Source of the DNA: Candidatus Latescibacterota bacterium
GTDB taxonomy: Bacteria > Latescibacterota > UBA2968 > GCA-2709665
DNA length: 64,000 bases
NCBI GenBank assembly: GCA_965208835.1
Contig: OZ242358.1
Coordinates: 768,001 to 832,000, forward strand
Reading direction: 5' to 3'
Every line of letters starts with the position of its first letter. The stretch's first letter is position 1. The notes under the pieces were generated by a model. It made no database searches, was not told the origin of the DNA, and worked only from the letters and a program-made list of their open reading frames with translations. This document shows positions 1 to 9,069 of the stretch, one piece after another. The position numbers were made by a program, and so were the translations under genes.

Positions 1-1381
1 AGTTCCCGTTCAACATCTCATCCGTAAACGTCACCTCCATGCCGCCCCCCACGCCGTTGTTTACGTAGACCCAGCTTTCCCACGGGACCGTCGAGGTATC
101 CATTTCATTGGCAAGCACGGGCCTGTAGGCGGGCGCCGTGAAGCCATCAAGGTCTTGCGGTCCTCGGATACTGCGAACCGGAAAAGCAACCAGGATGTCT
201 CCCCAGTTCGCAACCTCCGCCGCACCGTGGATCTGCATTGCAAGCGCCTCCTTAACCCTGTGTACATCCACGCTCTGCTGGAAATCCTTCCAGTCCGATC
301 TCGATCGATGGTCCGGCTCTCCGAATCTCACGTATACCTCTCCCCGCGTATCCCAGGGCTGCTGCGATTTGGAAAAATGCCGTCGCGCGAACGACACGCG
401 CCGGTAATGCTCCAGCCGCCGCTCGTTCGCCGCAGTTGTCAGATCCGGGTCCCGGTCTCCCCAGAACCGGGTCAGAGACGCGTCTTTATCCGGCGCCTGG
501 GCAAAAGCCTTGTATTCATCAGCAGAAGCAAGGAGGCGGATATCCTCATACAGCATCCGTTCTGCCGGTTCACAGGCTTCGAAATATCTCTCGAACGCGA
601 CCTCCGCCAGGTCCAGGGAATCCAGTTCCATGTAGGCGTACGCGAGTACGGGCAACAGCCTGATCGCGTCGGGATGGTTCAGCATCTGCGTGCGCATCAG
701 GTCCACAACGCGAGCGTGGTCGCCGGCTTTACCAAGCGCTCCGGCCAGGAGCAGAGTGACGTCCAGATCTTCGGGCCGGAGAGAGAGGTATTGTTCGTAG
801 TGCTCCGCCGCGCGCAGATGATCTTCCTTGAATGTCCCGTACCATTCACCGAGCAGCCGGTGCGCAGGTGCAAACGTTGCATCCATTTGGAGGAGCTTTT
901 CCGCTTCGCGCTTTACATCGTGTTCCCCCAATGCGTACCTCGCCTCGGCGATATGATAACGCGCTTCCAGGTAGTGCCGGTCGTATTGCAGTGCCTTCTT
1001 GAAGTAGTCGATCGCCGTGTACAGGCCCTTGGGTTTTTCTCGCCACACCAACCCGAGTCCGTTGTACGCCGGAGCGTATTTGTGCTGCCTACTCCGCGCA
1101 TCCCCAAATGCCCGTTCGGCGGCTTTCAAATCCCCATCCTTCAAATACACGTGGCCCAAACCCACGTGCGAAGGCGCATGTTTCCTGTCGATCTCGATTG
1201 CCGCGCGGAATCTTGACGCTGCCGCGTCCAGGCTGTCGCTGTCGAGCAGGTTCATACCCTCGCTGTAGAGGTTCTTAACCAACGCCCGATCCTCAGTGGA
1301 CATCGTCGTCGCTCCGGCCTCCGCATTGAAGAACGTCACCGCGGCAATCGCCAGAACATTCATAACCGCTCCTGGTCTCAT
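1..1381 (-). CDS. TPR-repeat + GWxTD domain protein (3' end runs off window)
   Basis: Not in the ORF track; translated by hand at both ends. ATG at 1381 with GGAGG RBS; MRPGAVMNVLAIAAVTF signal-like N-terminus; TPR-like helices (HAPSHVGLGHVYLK); PWDTRGEVYVRFGEPD and VPWESWVY motifs typical of GWxTD domains. Confidence 0.8.
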   Translation of the reverse strand, partial: MRPGAVMNVLAIAAVTFFNAEAGATTMSTEDRALVKNLYSEGMNLLDSDSLDAAASRFRAAIEIDRKHAPSHVGLGHVYLKDGDLKAAERAFGDARSRQHKYAPAYNGLGLVWREKPKGLYTAIDYFKKALQYDRHYLEARYHIAEARYALGEHDVKREAEKLLQMDATFAPAHRLLGEWYGTFKEDHLRAAEHYEQYLSLRPEDLDVTLLLAGALGKAGDHARVVDLMRTQMLNHPDAIRLLPVLAYAYMELDSLDLAEVAFERYFEACEPAERMLYEDIRLLASADEYKAFAQAPDKDASLTRFWGDRDPDLTTAANERRLEHYRRVSFARRHFSKSQQPWDTRGEVYVRFGEPDHRSRSDWKDFQQSVDVHRVKEALAMQIHGAAEVANWGDILVAFPVRSIRGPQDLDGFTAPAYRPVLANEMDTSTVPWESWVYVNNGVGGGMEVTFTDEMLNGN

Positions 1382-1439
1382 TTTGGACCTCCACGAGATA
1401 AACAGTTCTTGCGGTAATCTGGAGCTGTTTCAGGTGCTC

Positions 1440-4400
1440 CTATTCCAATACCAGTTCCACCGACCGCTCACGCTCGGTGCCCGCGTGGATATCGCGGACC
1501 TTTACCTTCAGCAGAAACTCGCCAGAGCCGGCTTTGTTCAGGTCCAGCGCCAGTGACTCCCTTGTATCCGGCGTGTCGCCGATGCGCTCGACCGTGACGG
1601 TCGTGGCGGGCTTTTCGCCGCTGCCGAAGATTCTGAGCAGCCGCCGGATGCCCTGCCGTTTCAGCCGGGTCAACCCGTAGGAGACCTCGAACGACGTCGT
1701 GCCGCGTTCGTCCGGCGTCAGATTGTAAAGCTCGAAATAGATGTACACGGGATCCCTGCGAGAGAACCTGAGCGAGGGATTCGGTACGGCCTGGATTCCT
1801 CGAAGATTGAACCCGTGGGATCCCTCGACGTCGGCCCGGATCACGTGCGCCGGCACGACGCTGCTCATATCCAGTTCGGTCTCCGAGAATTCAGGTATTC
1901 GCATGTCCTGCTTCCAGCCGCCAAGGAGGTTGTCCCGTGAGGGTCTGAGGAAAAACGCCGCGTGCCCTGAATCGGGGTCGGCGGAAAACCGGAGTACGCC
2001 GAAGCTCCGGTCTTCGTAGCGCGACCGTTCGACATGGGATTTACGCACGTAGCCGGTCAGGTTCTCGTACCGGTTCCACTGCATGTCATGCAGCGCAAGG
2101 CCGTATTGGTAGACCGCAGCCGTATCGGGCAATTGACGAAAGTCCTTCTTCAATTCCTTGAATGGCATTCCGTAATAAAGCTCAATGTCGCCCCTGCCGC
2201 GTTCGCCCTTGAAATACGCCAGGTAGGACTCGTAATCGAGGTCATCCACGTCGTCTTCCCAGGTATGGCGGTCTGTCTGGAGCGCCGTCTCCACGGACCG
2301 GCGCACTTCGCGCCTGAGTTTCTCATTCTCCCACCGAAGGCGTCGTCCATAGTTTCCCGAACCGGACAGGGACTCCACAAGACGCCAGTTGGAACCCATA
2401 CTGCTGGGTGTTGCGGCGAAATTGAATAACATCTTGTCAAATGCATCCGTCTTCCAGTAGTGCCAGACTTCGGCCATGGAGAACTTCTGCGTATCTGACG
2501 GTCGGCCGTGACGAATGTATATCAGACCCGGATCGTTGAACCTGTCGTTCAATTCGACCGTAGTCGGGTACGGGATGTCATCGCCCTGGTCCGGATCGTA
2601 GAACCAGGTCCGAAATCCATCGTAAATGTAGTACCGTTCGGCATACAAAATCCGCCGGTAGTGCTCCCCCAGCCGCACGTTGGGAGACACGGCAGGGGTG
2701 GGGTCCCTGCTCGCCCAGAACTTCCGGAAGAACTCCCGATAGGCCTCCGGCGTTTCGAGTTTGGAAAACGCATCCATTTCCTCTACGGTTACGATGTATT
2801 TCACGTCTTCGTACATCAGTTGCGCGTCCAGAGAGTCCCGGATGTTTTCAACCGCCTTGCTGTAATGCCGCTCTCCGGTCTCGAAGGCCTCGCTTCCGTA
2901 AGCGATGCGCGCCAGTGAAAGATAGGCCGGTATTACGCTCAAAGAAGGATCAGACGAAAGCCATGACCGCAGAACCGTATCCGCGCGCGCCGACTGCCCG
3001 GCGAGCCGCAGGGCCTCGCCCTCGAAGTAACGCGCGTATTCGGTACCATGTCTGCGTAACCACTTCAGCGCGTCGTTCGGATCCGTATTGTCCAGGAAAT
3101 ACAGGTACAGACGCCGCAGCCCGCGCCGGTGTATGAATTCATCCGGCTTGATCCGGACCTGATTTTCGCCCAGCCGAATCGCCTTTACGAACGCCTTGTC
3201 ATAACGTTTGAGTACTGCAAACTGATAGAGCACGTCACGGTAATGCGGCGCTTTGTTAACGAGTTGGCTGAATATCCGTTCCGATCGCCTCCAGTCCAGC
3301 CAGCGCGGGACCGTCCCCTTGTGTTTGCCGGATTCCCGGTAGGCGATAGCCCGCCGGTAGAGCGCCTCCAGATTGCCCGGATCGCGCGTCAGGATCTGCC
3401 CCGACCACTTCTTGAGGTCGCTCCAATCCTCCGCCTGCATCGCCGCGTCGCTGAGCGCTTTTAACGCCGCTGGAGACCCTGGCGACCGCTTCAGCGCCTT
3501 CTTCAGGAAATATTCCGCGTCTTCCCGGGCGCCCTGCCCCATATAAGCCCTTCCCAACCCCACAAAGGAAGGCGCGTACCCGTCGTTTTCGGAGATGGCA
3601 TCTTCGAATCGCTGCTTCGCTTCGGCGAAATTGCCGGCGGCCAGCAGACCGACTCCCTGGTTGAATGCGGCCGGTCCCCTGGGGTCGGTTACCAGCGCAG
3701 CGGGCGGCGCAGTGCGTCTGGTGACACCTCGCCGGGAAGATCCCGGTTCGCGCATTGCCGGCACAGGCAGCGCACCGCGTTGCGCCCAGTATCCCTCAAA
3801 TCCCGTTGTCCGCTGGAAAGCCGCGGTCCGCTTCCGTGGCGCGGCCTTCAGGCGCTCCAGCAGCATGCCGCTGTCGACGAGATGGACCACCTGGACGCCT
3901 TCCATGTCCCGAATCGCCACGGGCTCCGCTCGATCCAGCAACAGCCGTTCGGGGCGCGGCACCATCGTGGAAGGAAAGACCACCATCCCGCGCGCGGGCG
4001 GGTCATCCGTGGTGGACCCCGGCGGCGCGTGTACCCCGGTGGGATCCGATACCCAAACCACGGTTATCGCACCGGATATGCCCCCTCCATGGGCTTCATC
4101 GAGTCCCTCAACCGCGGCAGCGACGGCCTCGGCGCTGTGAACGGAAACATCCGCCTTTACATCCGCCGCCTCGTCCAGTGCGTTCTCGTCCGGCATGGCC
4201 TCCTTCGTGAAACCGGAGAACGCGGGAACGTACACCACGCGAATGGTATCGGCGTCCCAGACGTCCGCCGCCAGCTGTCCCCGGGTGCGATTCACGATCA
4301 GGATGTTGGGCGTCGCCGAAGCCGGCATGAACAGGCGCACAGGGTCGCTCCACAGCCCGGACAGGTCCTCATCCTGCGCAACGCGGTTCATAAAGCCCAT

Positions 4401-4772
4401 CAGATTCAGGCTCACACGCGCGTCAATGCGGCGCATCCGGATGTCGGCCAGCAGCAATCGGGTCTCGTCGGCGCCGACCGAGCCCGCCTCCAACGCAAGA
4501 TTCATCGCGTCGACGTCCCGCTTGAGCTCCAAGAGCGACTTGCGGTTCTGGATTCGCAGGTCCTTGAGCATCTCCCGGAAGTCGCCCGGGGTGGACGGTG
4601 TCTCCGGCACGGATCCCACCGTTGAAACAGGCCGTCTTCCGTCCCACTTCAGATGGATGCTGTCCGCCGGTCCCTGCGCTCCCTGAACCTGCACTTCCAC
4701 CGTATCCCCGCGGGCTGAATGCACAAATGCCAATAAAGCAAAGCCCAGGACGACTGAAATCATATGTCGCAT
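1440..4772 (-). CDS. Secreted TPR-repeat + GWxTD-like domain protein with long N-terminal extension
   Basis: ORF 1440..4787; start moved to ATG 4772 (GGAG upstream). Signal peptide, TPRs, FWASRDPTPA..N...EHYRRILYA and D.GLIYIRHGRP GWxTD-type motifs, C-terminal beta-sandwich. Confidence 0.8.
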   Translation of the reverse strand: MRHMISVVLGFALLAFVHSARGDTVEVQVQGAQGPADSIHLKWDGRRPVSTVGSVPETPSTPGDFREMLKDLRIQNRKSLLELKRDVDAMNLALEAGSVGADETRLLLADIRMRRIDARVSLNLMGFMNRVAQDEDLSGLWSDPVRLFMPASATPNILIVNRTRGQLAADVWDADTIRVVYVPAFSGFTKEAMPDENALDEAADVKADVSVHSAEAVAAAVEGLDEAHGGGISGAITVVWVSDPTGVHAPPGSTTDDPPARGMVVFPSTMVPRPERLLLDRAEPVAIRDMEGVQVVHLVDSGMLLERLKAAPRKRTAAFQRTTGFEGYWAQRGALPVPAMREPGSSRRGVTRRTAPPAALVTDPRGPAAFNQGVGLLAAGNFAEAKQRFEDAISENDGYAPSFVGLGRAYMGQGAREDAEYFLKKALKRSPGSPAALKALSDAAMQAEDWSDLKKWSGQILTRDPGNLEALYRRAIAYRESGKHKGTVPRWLDWRRSERIFSQLVNKAPHYRDVLYQFAVLKRYDKAFVKAIRLGENQVRIKPDEFIHRRGLRRLYLYFLDNTDPNDALKWLRRHGTEYARYFEGEALRLAGQSARADTVLRSWLSSDPSLSVIPAYLSLARIAYGSEAFETGERHYSKAVENIRDSLDAQLMYEDVKYIVTVEEMDAFSKLETPEAYREFFRKFWASRDPTPAVSPNVRLGEHYRRILYAERYYIYDGFRTWFYDPDQGDDIPYPTTVELNDRFNDPGLIYIRHGRPSDTQKFSMAEVWHYWKTDAFDKMLFNFAATPSSMGSNWRLVESLSGSGNYGRRLRWENEKLRREVRRSVETALQTDRHTWEDDVDDLDYESYLAYFKGERGRGDIELYYGMPFKELKKDFRQLPDTAAVYQYGLALHDMQWNRYENLTGYVRKSHVERSRYEDRSFGVLRFSADPDSGHAAFFLRPSRDNLLGGWKQDMRIPEFSETELDMSSVVPAHVIRADVEGSHGFNLRGIQAVPNPSLRFSRRDPVYIYFELYNLTPDERGTTSFEVSYGLTRLKRQGIRRLLRIFGSGEKPATTVTVERIGDTPDTRESLALDLNKAGSGEFLLKVKVRDIHAGTERERSVELVLE

Positions 4773-4777
4773 AGCCG

Positions 4778-5251
4778 CTATCTCCACTGTTGCTCCAGTT
4801 CGGCTTCCATATCCAGGATTGATGCCCGGATCTGCGCCAGTTCTTTACGCACCGGCGCAGATTCCCCATTCCCCGCCGGCACGTCCGTTTCATACACCTC
4901 CATTCCCCAGACCGCAAGCATCAGCACCGCTGCTACCGCCGCCGGCGCGAGTACGCCGCGGGGAACCCTCTCGATGAGGTCTTGCAGGCGCCAACGGACG
5001 CGCCCCGGCCGGGCTTCCAACCGTTCCGACAGACCATCCCAGAAGCCGGCTGGCGCCGTCTCGTTCGCGACGGACGCATTGAAATGGCTCCGGACCGCGT
5101 CCTCGCTTCGCCGCAGCCGCTCGAATGCAGCCGCGCAGTCCCCGCACCGAGCAAGGTGAACACGCATGGCCTCTTCCCGGTCCGGCGACAAATCGCCGTC
5201 CAGATAGCCATGCATCAGCTTCTTCGTTTCACGACATTCCAGATTCGGCAT
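4778..5251 (-). CDS. Zinc-binding anti-sigma factor (zf-HC2/ZAS) with TM helix
   Basis: C..YLDGDL...HLARCGDC (HxxxCxxC), one TM segment, directly downstream of an ECF sigma. Confidence 0.9.
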   Translation of the reverse strand: MPNLECRETKKLMHGYLDGDLSPDREEAMRVHLARCGDCAAAFERLRRSEDAVRSHFNASVANETAPAGFWDGLSERLEARPGRVRWRLQDLIERVPRGVLAPAAVAAVLMLAVWGMEVYETDVPAGNGESAPVRKELAQIRASILDMEAELEQQWR

Positions 5252-5275
5252 GTTTTCTGCCCTCTTTCGTTGCGG

Positions 5276-5836
5276 TCAATCCAGCAGACCATGTCTCTCG
5301 ATCTCTTTCTGCAGTTTTTCCCGCGCACGGTGCAGCCGGGATTTGACCGTGCCTTCAGGGATGTTCAGGATTATAGCGATTTCGCTGCCGGCAAGTTCCT
5401 GCAGATAGGACAACACCACAACCTCGTGGAGCTTTCCCGGCAGCCGGTCGATTATCGCCCTCAGGCGGACCTTCACGTCTTGTCTTGCGAACCGGGTGTC
5501 CGGCGATTCTGTCGCGGCCGAAGCCTGGCCGCCGAACCAGGCGGGCGGCGTCAGGCGCTCAAACAAACGTCGTCGCCGTCGCCTGCGCACGTTCAGGGCG
5601 GTCCGAACCGCAATACGGTACATCCATGCCTGAAACGGAACCTTCCCCGAAAACGAACCCAGCCCGCGGTAAGCGCGTACAAATGCATCCTGGGCCGCTT
5701 CCTCCGCCTCCTCACGGTTGCCCAGGATTGAAAGCGCAACCCGGAAGACGAAGTCCTGGTGCGGTTCGATCAACCTCCGGAACGCTTCCTGATTTCCCGA
5801 GAGACACTGCTGAATCAGGAACCGTTCCGTGGGCAT
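5276..5836 (-). CDS. ECF RNA polymerase sigma factor
   Basis: AEEAAQDAFVRAY, FQAWMYRIA, EIAIILNIPEGTVKSRLHRAR (sigma2/sigma4); start placed at ATG 5836. Confidence 0.93.
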   Translation of the reverse strand: MPTERFLIQQCLSGNQEAFRRLIEPHQDFVFRVALSILGNREEAEEAAQDAFVRAYRGLGSFSGKVPFQAWMYRIAVRTALNVRRRRRRRLFERLTPPAWFGGQASAATESPDTRFARQDVKVRLRAIIDRLPGKLHEVVVLSYLQELAGSEIAIILNIPEGTVKSRLHRAREKLQKEIERHGLLD

Positions 5837-6033
5837 GCGGGACTCCGGCGTATTGGCGCGCTGAGGAATCGGTATCGTAAACTGCCTTTTAAGATCGACG
5901 GATAACACTTCATTACCCAAAAACGTAGTGTTCTGACCCGGAAACGGGTTGACTGAAATCGGCGGTATATCGGCGAGGAATTATTGCGACACGACTCCGG
6001 ACACGCGATGTGTTCCCTGTCTCACATCCTGCA

Positions 6034-6060
6034 AGACACGCCTTCCGTCTAAACGGTTCA
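6034..6060 (-). promoter_or_regulatory. Possible ECF-type (autoregulatory) promoter
   Basis: Minus strand TGAAC-N17-TGTCT upstream of the ECF sigma gene. Confidence 0.35.
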
Positions 6061-6174
6061 TTATAAATTCGCCAGATCACTGGAAAAAGCAACAGTTATT
6101 GCCAGAAAAAAAAGAATGGATGTGCCAATCCTGGGCGTCACGCGCCCGCCCGCTGCTCGCCGCAGAATAATCCC

Positions 6175-6203
6175 TTGACGCGTATATGCCATGTCCGTAC
6201 TTT
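6175..6203 (+). promoter_or_regulatory. Putative sigma70 promoter
   Basis: TTGACG-N17-TACTTT about 70 nt upstream of ATG 6274. Confidence 0.45.
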
Positions 6204-6273
6204 TTCGATTGTTGAGGCGCAAGAAAGCGAACACGCCCTGCCCCTGCTCACCATCTATACGGAGACTTGTGCT

Positions 6274-7644
6274 ATGCCGGACCCGAAATACCTCCTCGAC
6301 GACGCAAAAATGCAGGAATTCATCGCCAACGGGTTTATAACGATCAAGGTGAACCTCCCGCCCGAGTTCCACGAGGAAATCTACAGAAAGACCGACGAAG
6401 TCTTCATCAAGGAAGGCAACCCGGGCAACAACGTCCTTCCCCGCATTCCCGAAATCCAGACGGTCTTCGACCAGCCCGAAGTCCACGGCGCCTTTTCGTC
6501 CATCCTGGGTCACGACCATGCCATGCACATCCACCGCCACTGTCATTTCAACAAGCCCAACGGCCCGGGCGGAGGATGGCACAAGGACAGCTATTGGGGG
6601 TACTACAAGCTGCGTTATCACCGCAACCGGTGGGCGATGGCCTTCTACTATCCCCAGGACGTGGAACTGATTAACGGTCCGACGGGGGTCATACCCCACA
6701 CGCATTGCTACATGGACCGCCTCGAAGATCCGGACGACGCCGGAGTTTCCGTGTGCGGCGAAGCCGGAACGATCGCAATCGTCCACTTCGACATCTGGCA
6801 TCGGGCTATGCCCAACCTAGTGGACAAGACACGGTATATGATGAAGTTCCAGTTCACGCGCATGTCCGAGCCCACGCAGCCTGATTGGTACCACACCGAC
6901 GAGGCATGGAGCAACTCGCACGTGGGCGAAAGGCACCCGTTTGTCTGGAACAGCATCTGGGAGTGGTCGCGCGGTTCGAACGCCAACGGACACGCCGGCA
7001 ACGTGGAGGCGCTTACCCGGACGCTTCACGACGGCGACGAACATGCCCGGCTAAACGCGGCTTACGAACTGGCCGCAACCGGTGAGCCGGCTGTCGGTCC
7101 GCTCTGTCGGGCCCTTCAGTCTGAGGACGACGGCGTAAAACTCAACGCCGCCTACGCGCTGGGCGCGATTGGAGAGCCCGCCGTGCCCGACCTGGAGGCA
7201 TCGCTCGGTCATGACGATGAGAAAGTGCGCGGCCATGCCGTCTTCGCGCTGGGCGACGCGGGCTCGGCGGCAGTCGAGGCGGTATCCGCGATCGCGCATA
7301 CGCTGAACGATCCGTCGGAATGGGTCCGTCACCACGCGGCCGAAGCCCTAGGTACCATCGCCGGCAATCCGGACGTGTCCGTGACCGCATTGGCGAACGC
7401 GCTGAAAGACGACGACGACCAGGTCCGTTACACCGCGGCGTATGCCCTGGCGCGATTCGGAACGGACGGCGAGTCCGCCATCCCTGCCCTGCGTGACGCC
7501 CTGGAAGACGAGAACCGCTACGCCTCCGGTCACGCTGCGGTTGCGCTCCAGTATATCGGCACGTCCGATGCGCTCAACATCCTCCTGGACCATCTCAACA
7601 CCGCCCGGTGGTGTCCGATAACGACGCGGGAAGATCTGTACTAG
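6274..7644 (+). CDS. Phytanoyl-CoA dioxygenase (PhyH) family protein fused to HEAT/PBS-lyase repeats
   Basis: WHKD and distal WHR Fe(II)/2OG motifs; C-terminal repeats such as VRxxAAYALG. Confidence 0.85.
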   Translation: MPDPKYLLDDAKMQEFIANGFITIKVNLPPEFHEEIYRKTDEVFIKEGNPGNNVLPRIPEIQTVFDQPEVHGAFSSILGHDHAMHIHRHCHFNKPNGPGGGWHKDSYWGYYKLRYHRNRWAMAFYYPQDVELINGPTGVIPHTHCYMDRLEDPDDAGVSVCGEAGTIAIVHFDIWHRAMPNLVDKTRYMMKFQFTRMSEPTQPDWYHTDEAWSNSHVGERHPFVWNSIWEWSRGSNANGHAGNVEALTRTLHDGDEHARLNAAYELAATGEPAVGPLCRALQSEDDGVKLNAAYALGAIGEPAVPDLEASLGHDDEKVRGHAVFALGDAGSAAVEAVSAIAHTLNDPSEWVRHHAAEALGTIAGNPDVSVTALANALKDDDDQVRYTAAYALARFGTDGESAIPALRDALEDENRYASGHAAVALQYIGTSDALNILLDHLNTARWCPITTREDLY

Positions 7645-7715
7645 ATATGATCCCAGTCGGGAAATCATATACGCGTTGCGAGGCTGCCTTTCTCGAATGG
7701 AGACTTGAATCCGTT

Positions 7716-7838
7716 AGACGCAAGACGGGAGAGGGGAGAGATTGTCTGCCTTGTTAGGCTTCTTCTCGTGCCGGAGACAAGGGAAAATAACATAACGGGC
7801 AAGGATTTCTTCTACCGTCTAACGTCTCCCGTCTACCC
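7716..7838 (+). repeat. Dispersed repeat family R1 (heptamer-flanked element), copy 1
   Basis: Core GAGAGATT..CCTTGT..CTTCTCGTGCCGGAG..GGGCAAGGATTTCTTCTACCGTCT, shared with 5 other intergenic sites. Confidence 0.8.
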
Positions 7839-7869
7839 ACTTACCGGGTGGTGTGTACGCGAGGTGTTT

Positions 7870-9003
7870 ATGCCAACATCGTTGTGCAAGCTGCTCACCT
7901 GTCTCGGCGTACTGATTCTCCTTTCGGCCTGCGGCGGGGAGGAAAAGCCCGCCGCCCCTGCGCCGGAGCCGACGCCTGCCGAGACCACGGATAGCACCCC
8001 CCGGCAGCCCAGGCCCCTGCTGTCGGACAGCACGTTTGGCGCCGACTCGAACCCCACGGGCAATCCCATCGGTGGGGGTGAAGGATACGACCGACTGGTC
8101 GACGAGTACGACTATTTCGTCAACAACCGGGCGGAACTGCTGGATGCGCTCAAGCAGGCGACCCAGGGCAAGGTGGTCTATCTGGCGGACACCGCCAGGG
8201 TGGACCTTACGGGCGACCAGAAAATCGAGATTGGCGCCGGTGTGACGCTGGCCAGCGGACGTGGCAAGCCCGATACCGAGGGCGGCCTGGTCTACTCGAA
8301 GGAACTGGAGACGATTCCACTCTTTGTCGCCACCGGTCCCGGCGTGCGCGTTACCGGACTCCGGCTGGAGGGCCCGGACACGATGAGACGCACGGAGCAA
8401 ATGAGGCAGCTCAGTGCGGAAGGACGGTATTACAGCATCCCCAACTCCCGGGGCATCGAGACCTCCGAATCCCGACTTGAAGTGGACAACTGCGAGCTCT
8501 TTGGCTGGAGTCACGGCGCGATTTTCCTGAGGGCCAATTCCACGGACAACCACATTCACCACAACTATTTTCACCACAACCAGCGCCACGGTCTGGGCTA
8601 CGGCGTGGTCATGGACCGGTCGGAAGCGCTGATCGAGGCCAACCTGTTCGACTGGTGCCGGCACCACATCGCCGGTACGGGCAGGCCCGGCACGAGCTAC
8701 GAGGCCCGCTACAACCTCGTCCTGGAAAACGCCAACAGCCACAGCTTCGACATGCACGGCGGCAGGGACCGGGGCGACGGTACGGACATCGCCGGGACGG
8801 TCATTACCATCCATCACAACACGTTTCTGGCCATCGATGTGGCGGCCGTCGTCATCCGGGGCGTTCCCGAGGAATACTGCGACATCTACAACAACTGGTT
8901 CATCCACTTTGTGCCGAGCGTCGCCGTCAAACAGACCAACGCCAAGGGCAACGTCCGGCACTATTCGAACCAGTACACCAACGATCGGGTCGTCAAGGAC
9001 TGA
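7870..9003 (+). CDS. Lipoprotein with right-handed parallel beta-helix domain (paralog 1)
   Basis: GAGG RBS, lipobox LSAC, Pro-rich linker, beta-helix-like repeats (HIHHNYFHHN, IEANLFDW, FDMHGG). Confidence 0.75.
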   Translation: MPTSLCKLLTCLGVLILLSACGGEEKPAAPAPEPTPAETTDSTPRQPRPLLSDSTFGADSNPTGNPIGGGEGYDRLVDEYDYFVNNRAELLDALKQATQGKVVYLADTARVDLTGDQKIEIGAGVTLASGRGKPDTEGGLVYSKELETIPLFVATGPGVRVTGLRLEGPDTMRRTEQMRQLSAEGRYYSIPNSRGIETSESRLEVDNCELFGWSHGAIFLRANSTDNHIHHNYFHHNQRHGLGYGVVMDRSEALIEANLFDWCRHHIAGTGRPGTSYEARYNLVLENANSHSFDMHGGRDRGDGTDIAGTVITIHHNTFLAIDVAAVVIRGVPEEYCDIYNNWFIHFVPSVAVKQTNAKGNVRHYSNQYTNDRVVKD

Positions 9004-9069
9004 GAAGAATGCGATGGACGATCTGTTGATGAGATACGCGATGGTGAGCGGATCGATCTTTTCCACGGG

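Noticed and set aside
5252-5278. ECF sigma TGA in frame with the anti-sigma gene (8 codons)
   Set aside because: The anti-sigma has its own RBS-like AAGAGGG and ATG, and both proteins are complete; no reason to invoke recoding.
9001-9069. TGA of paralog 1 is in frame with paralog 2 through 22 stop-free codons (possible Sec or readthrough)
   Set aside because: Both paralogs end at the same VVKD*, paralog 2 has its own signal peptide and lipobox, and there is no redox-motif context; chance frame match.
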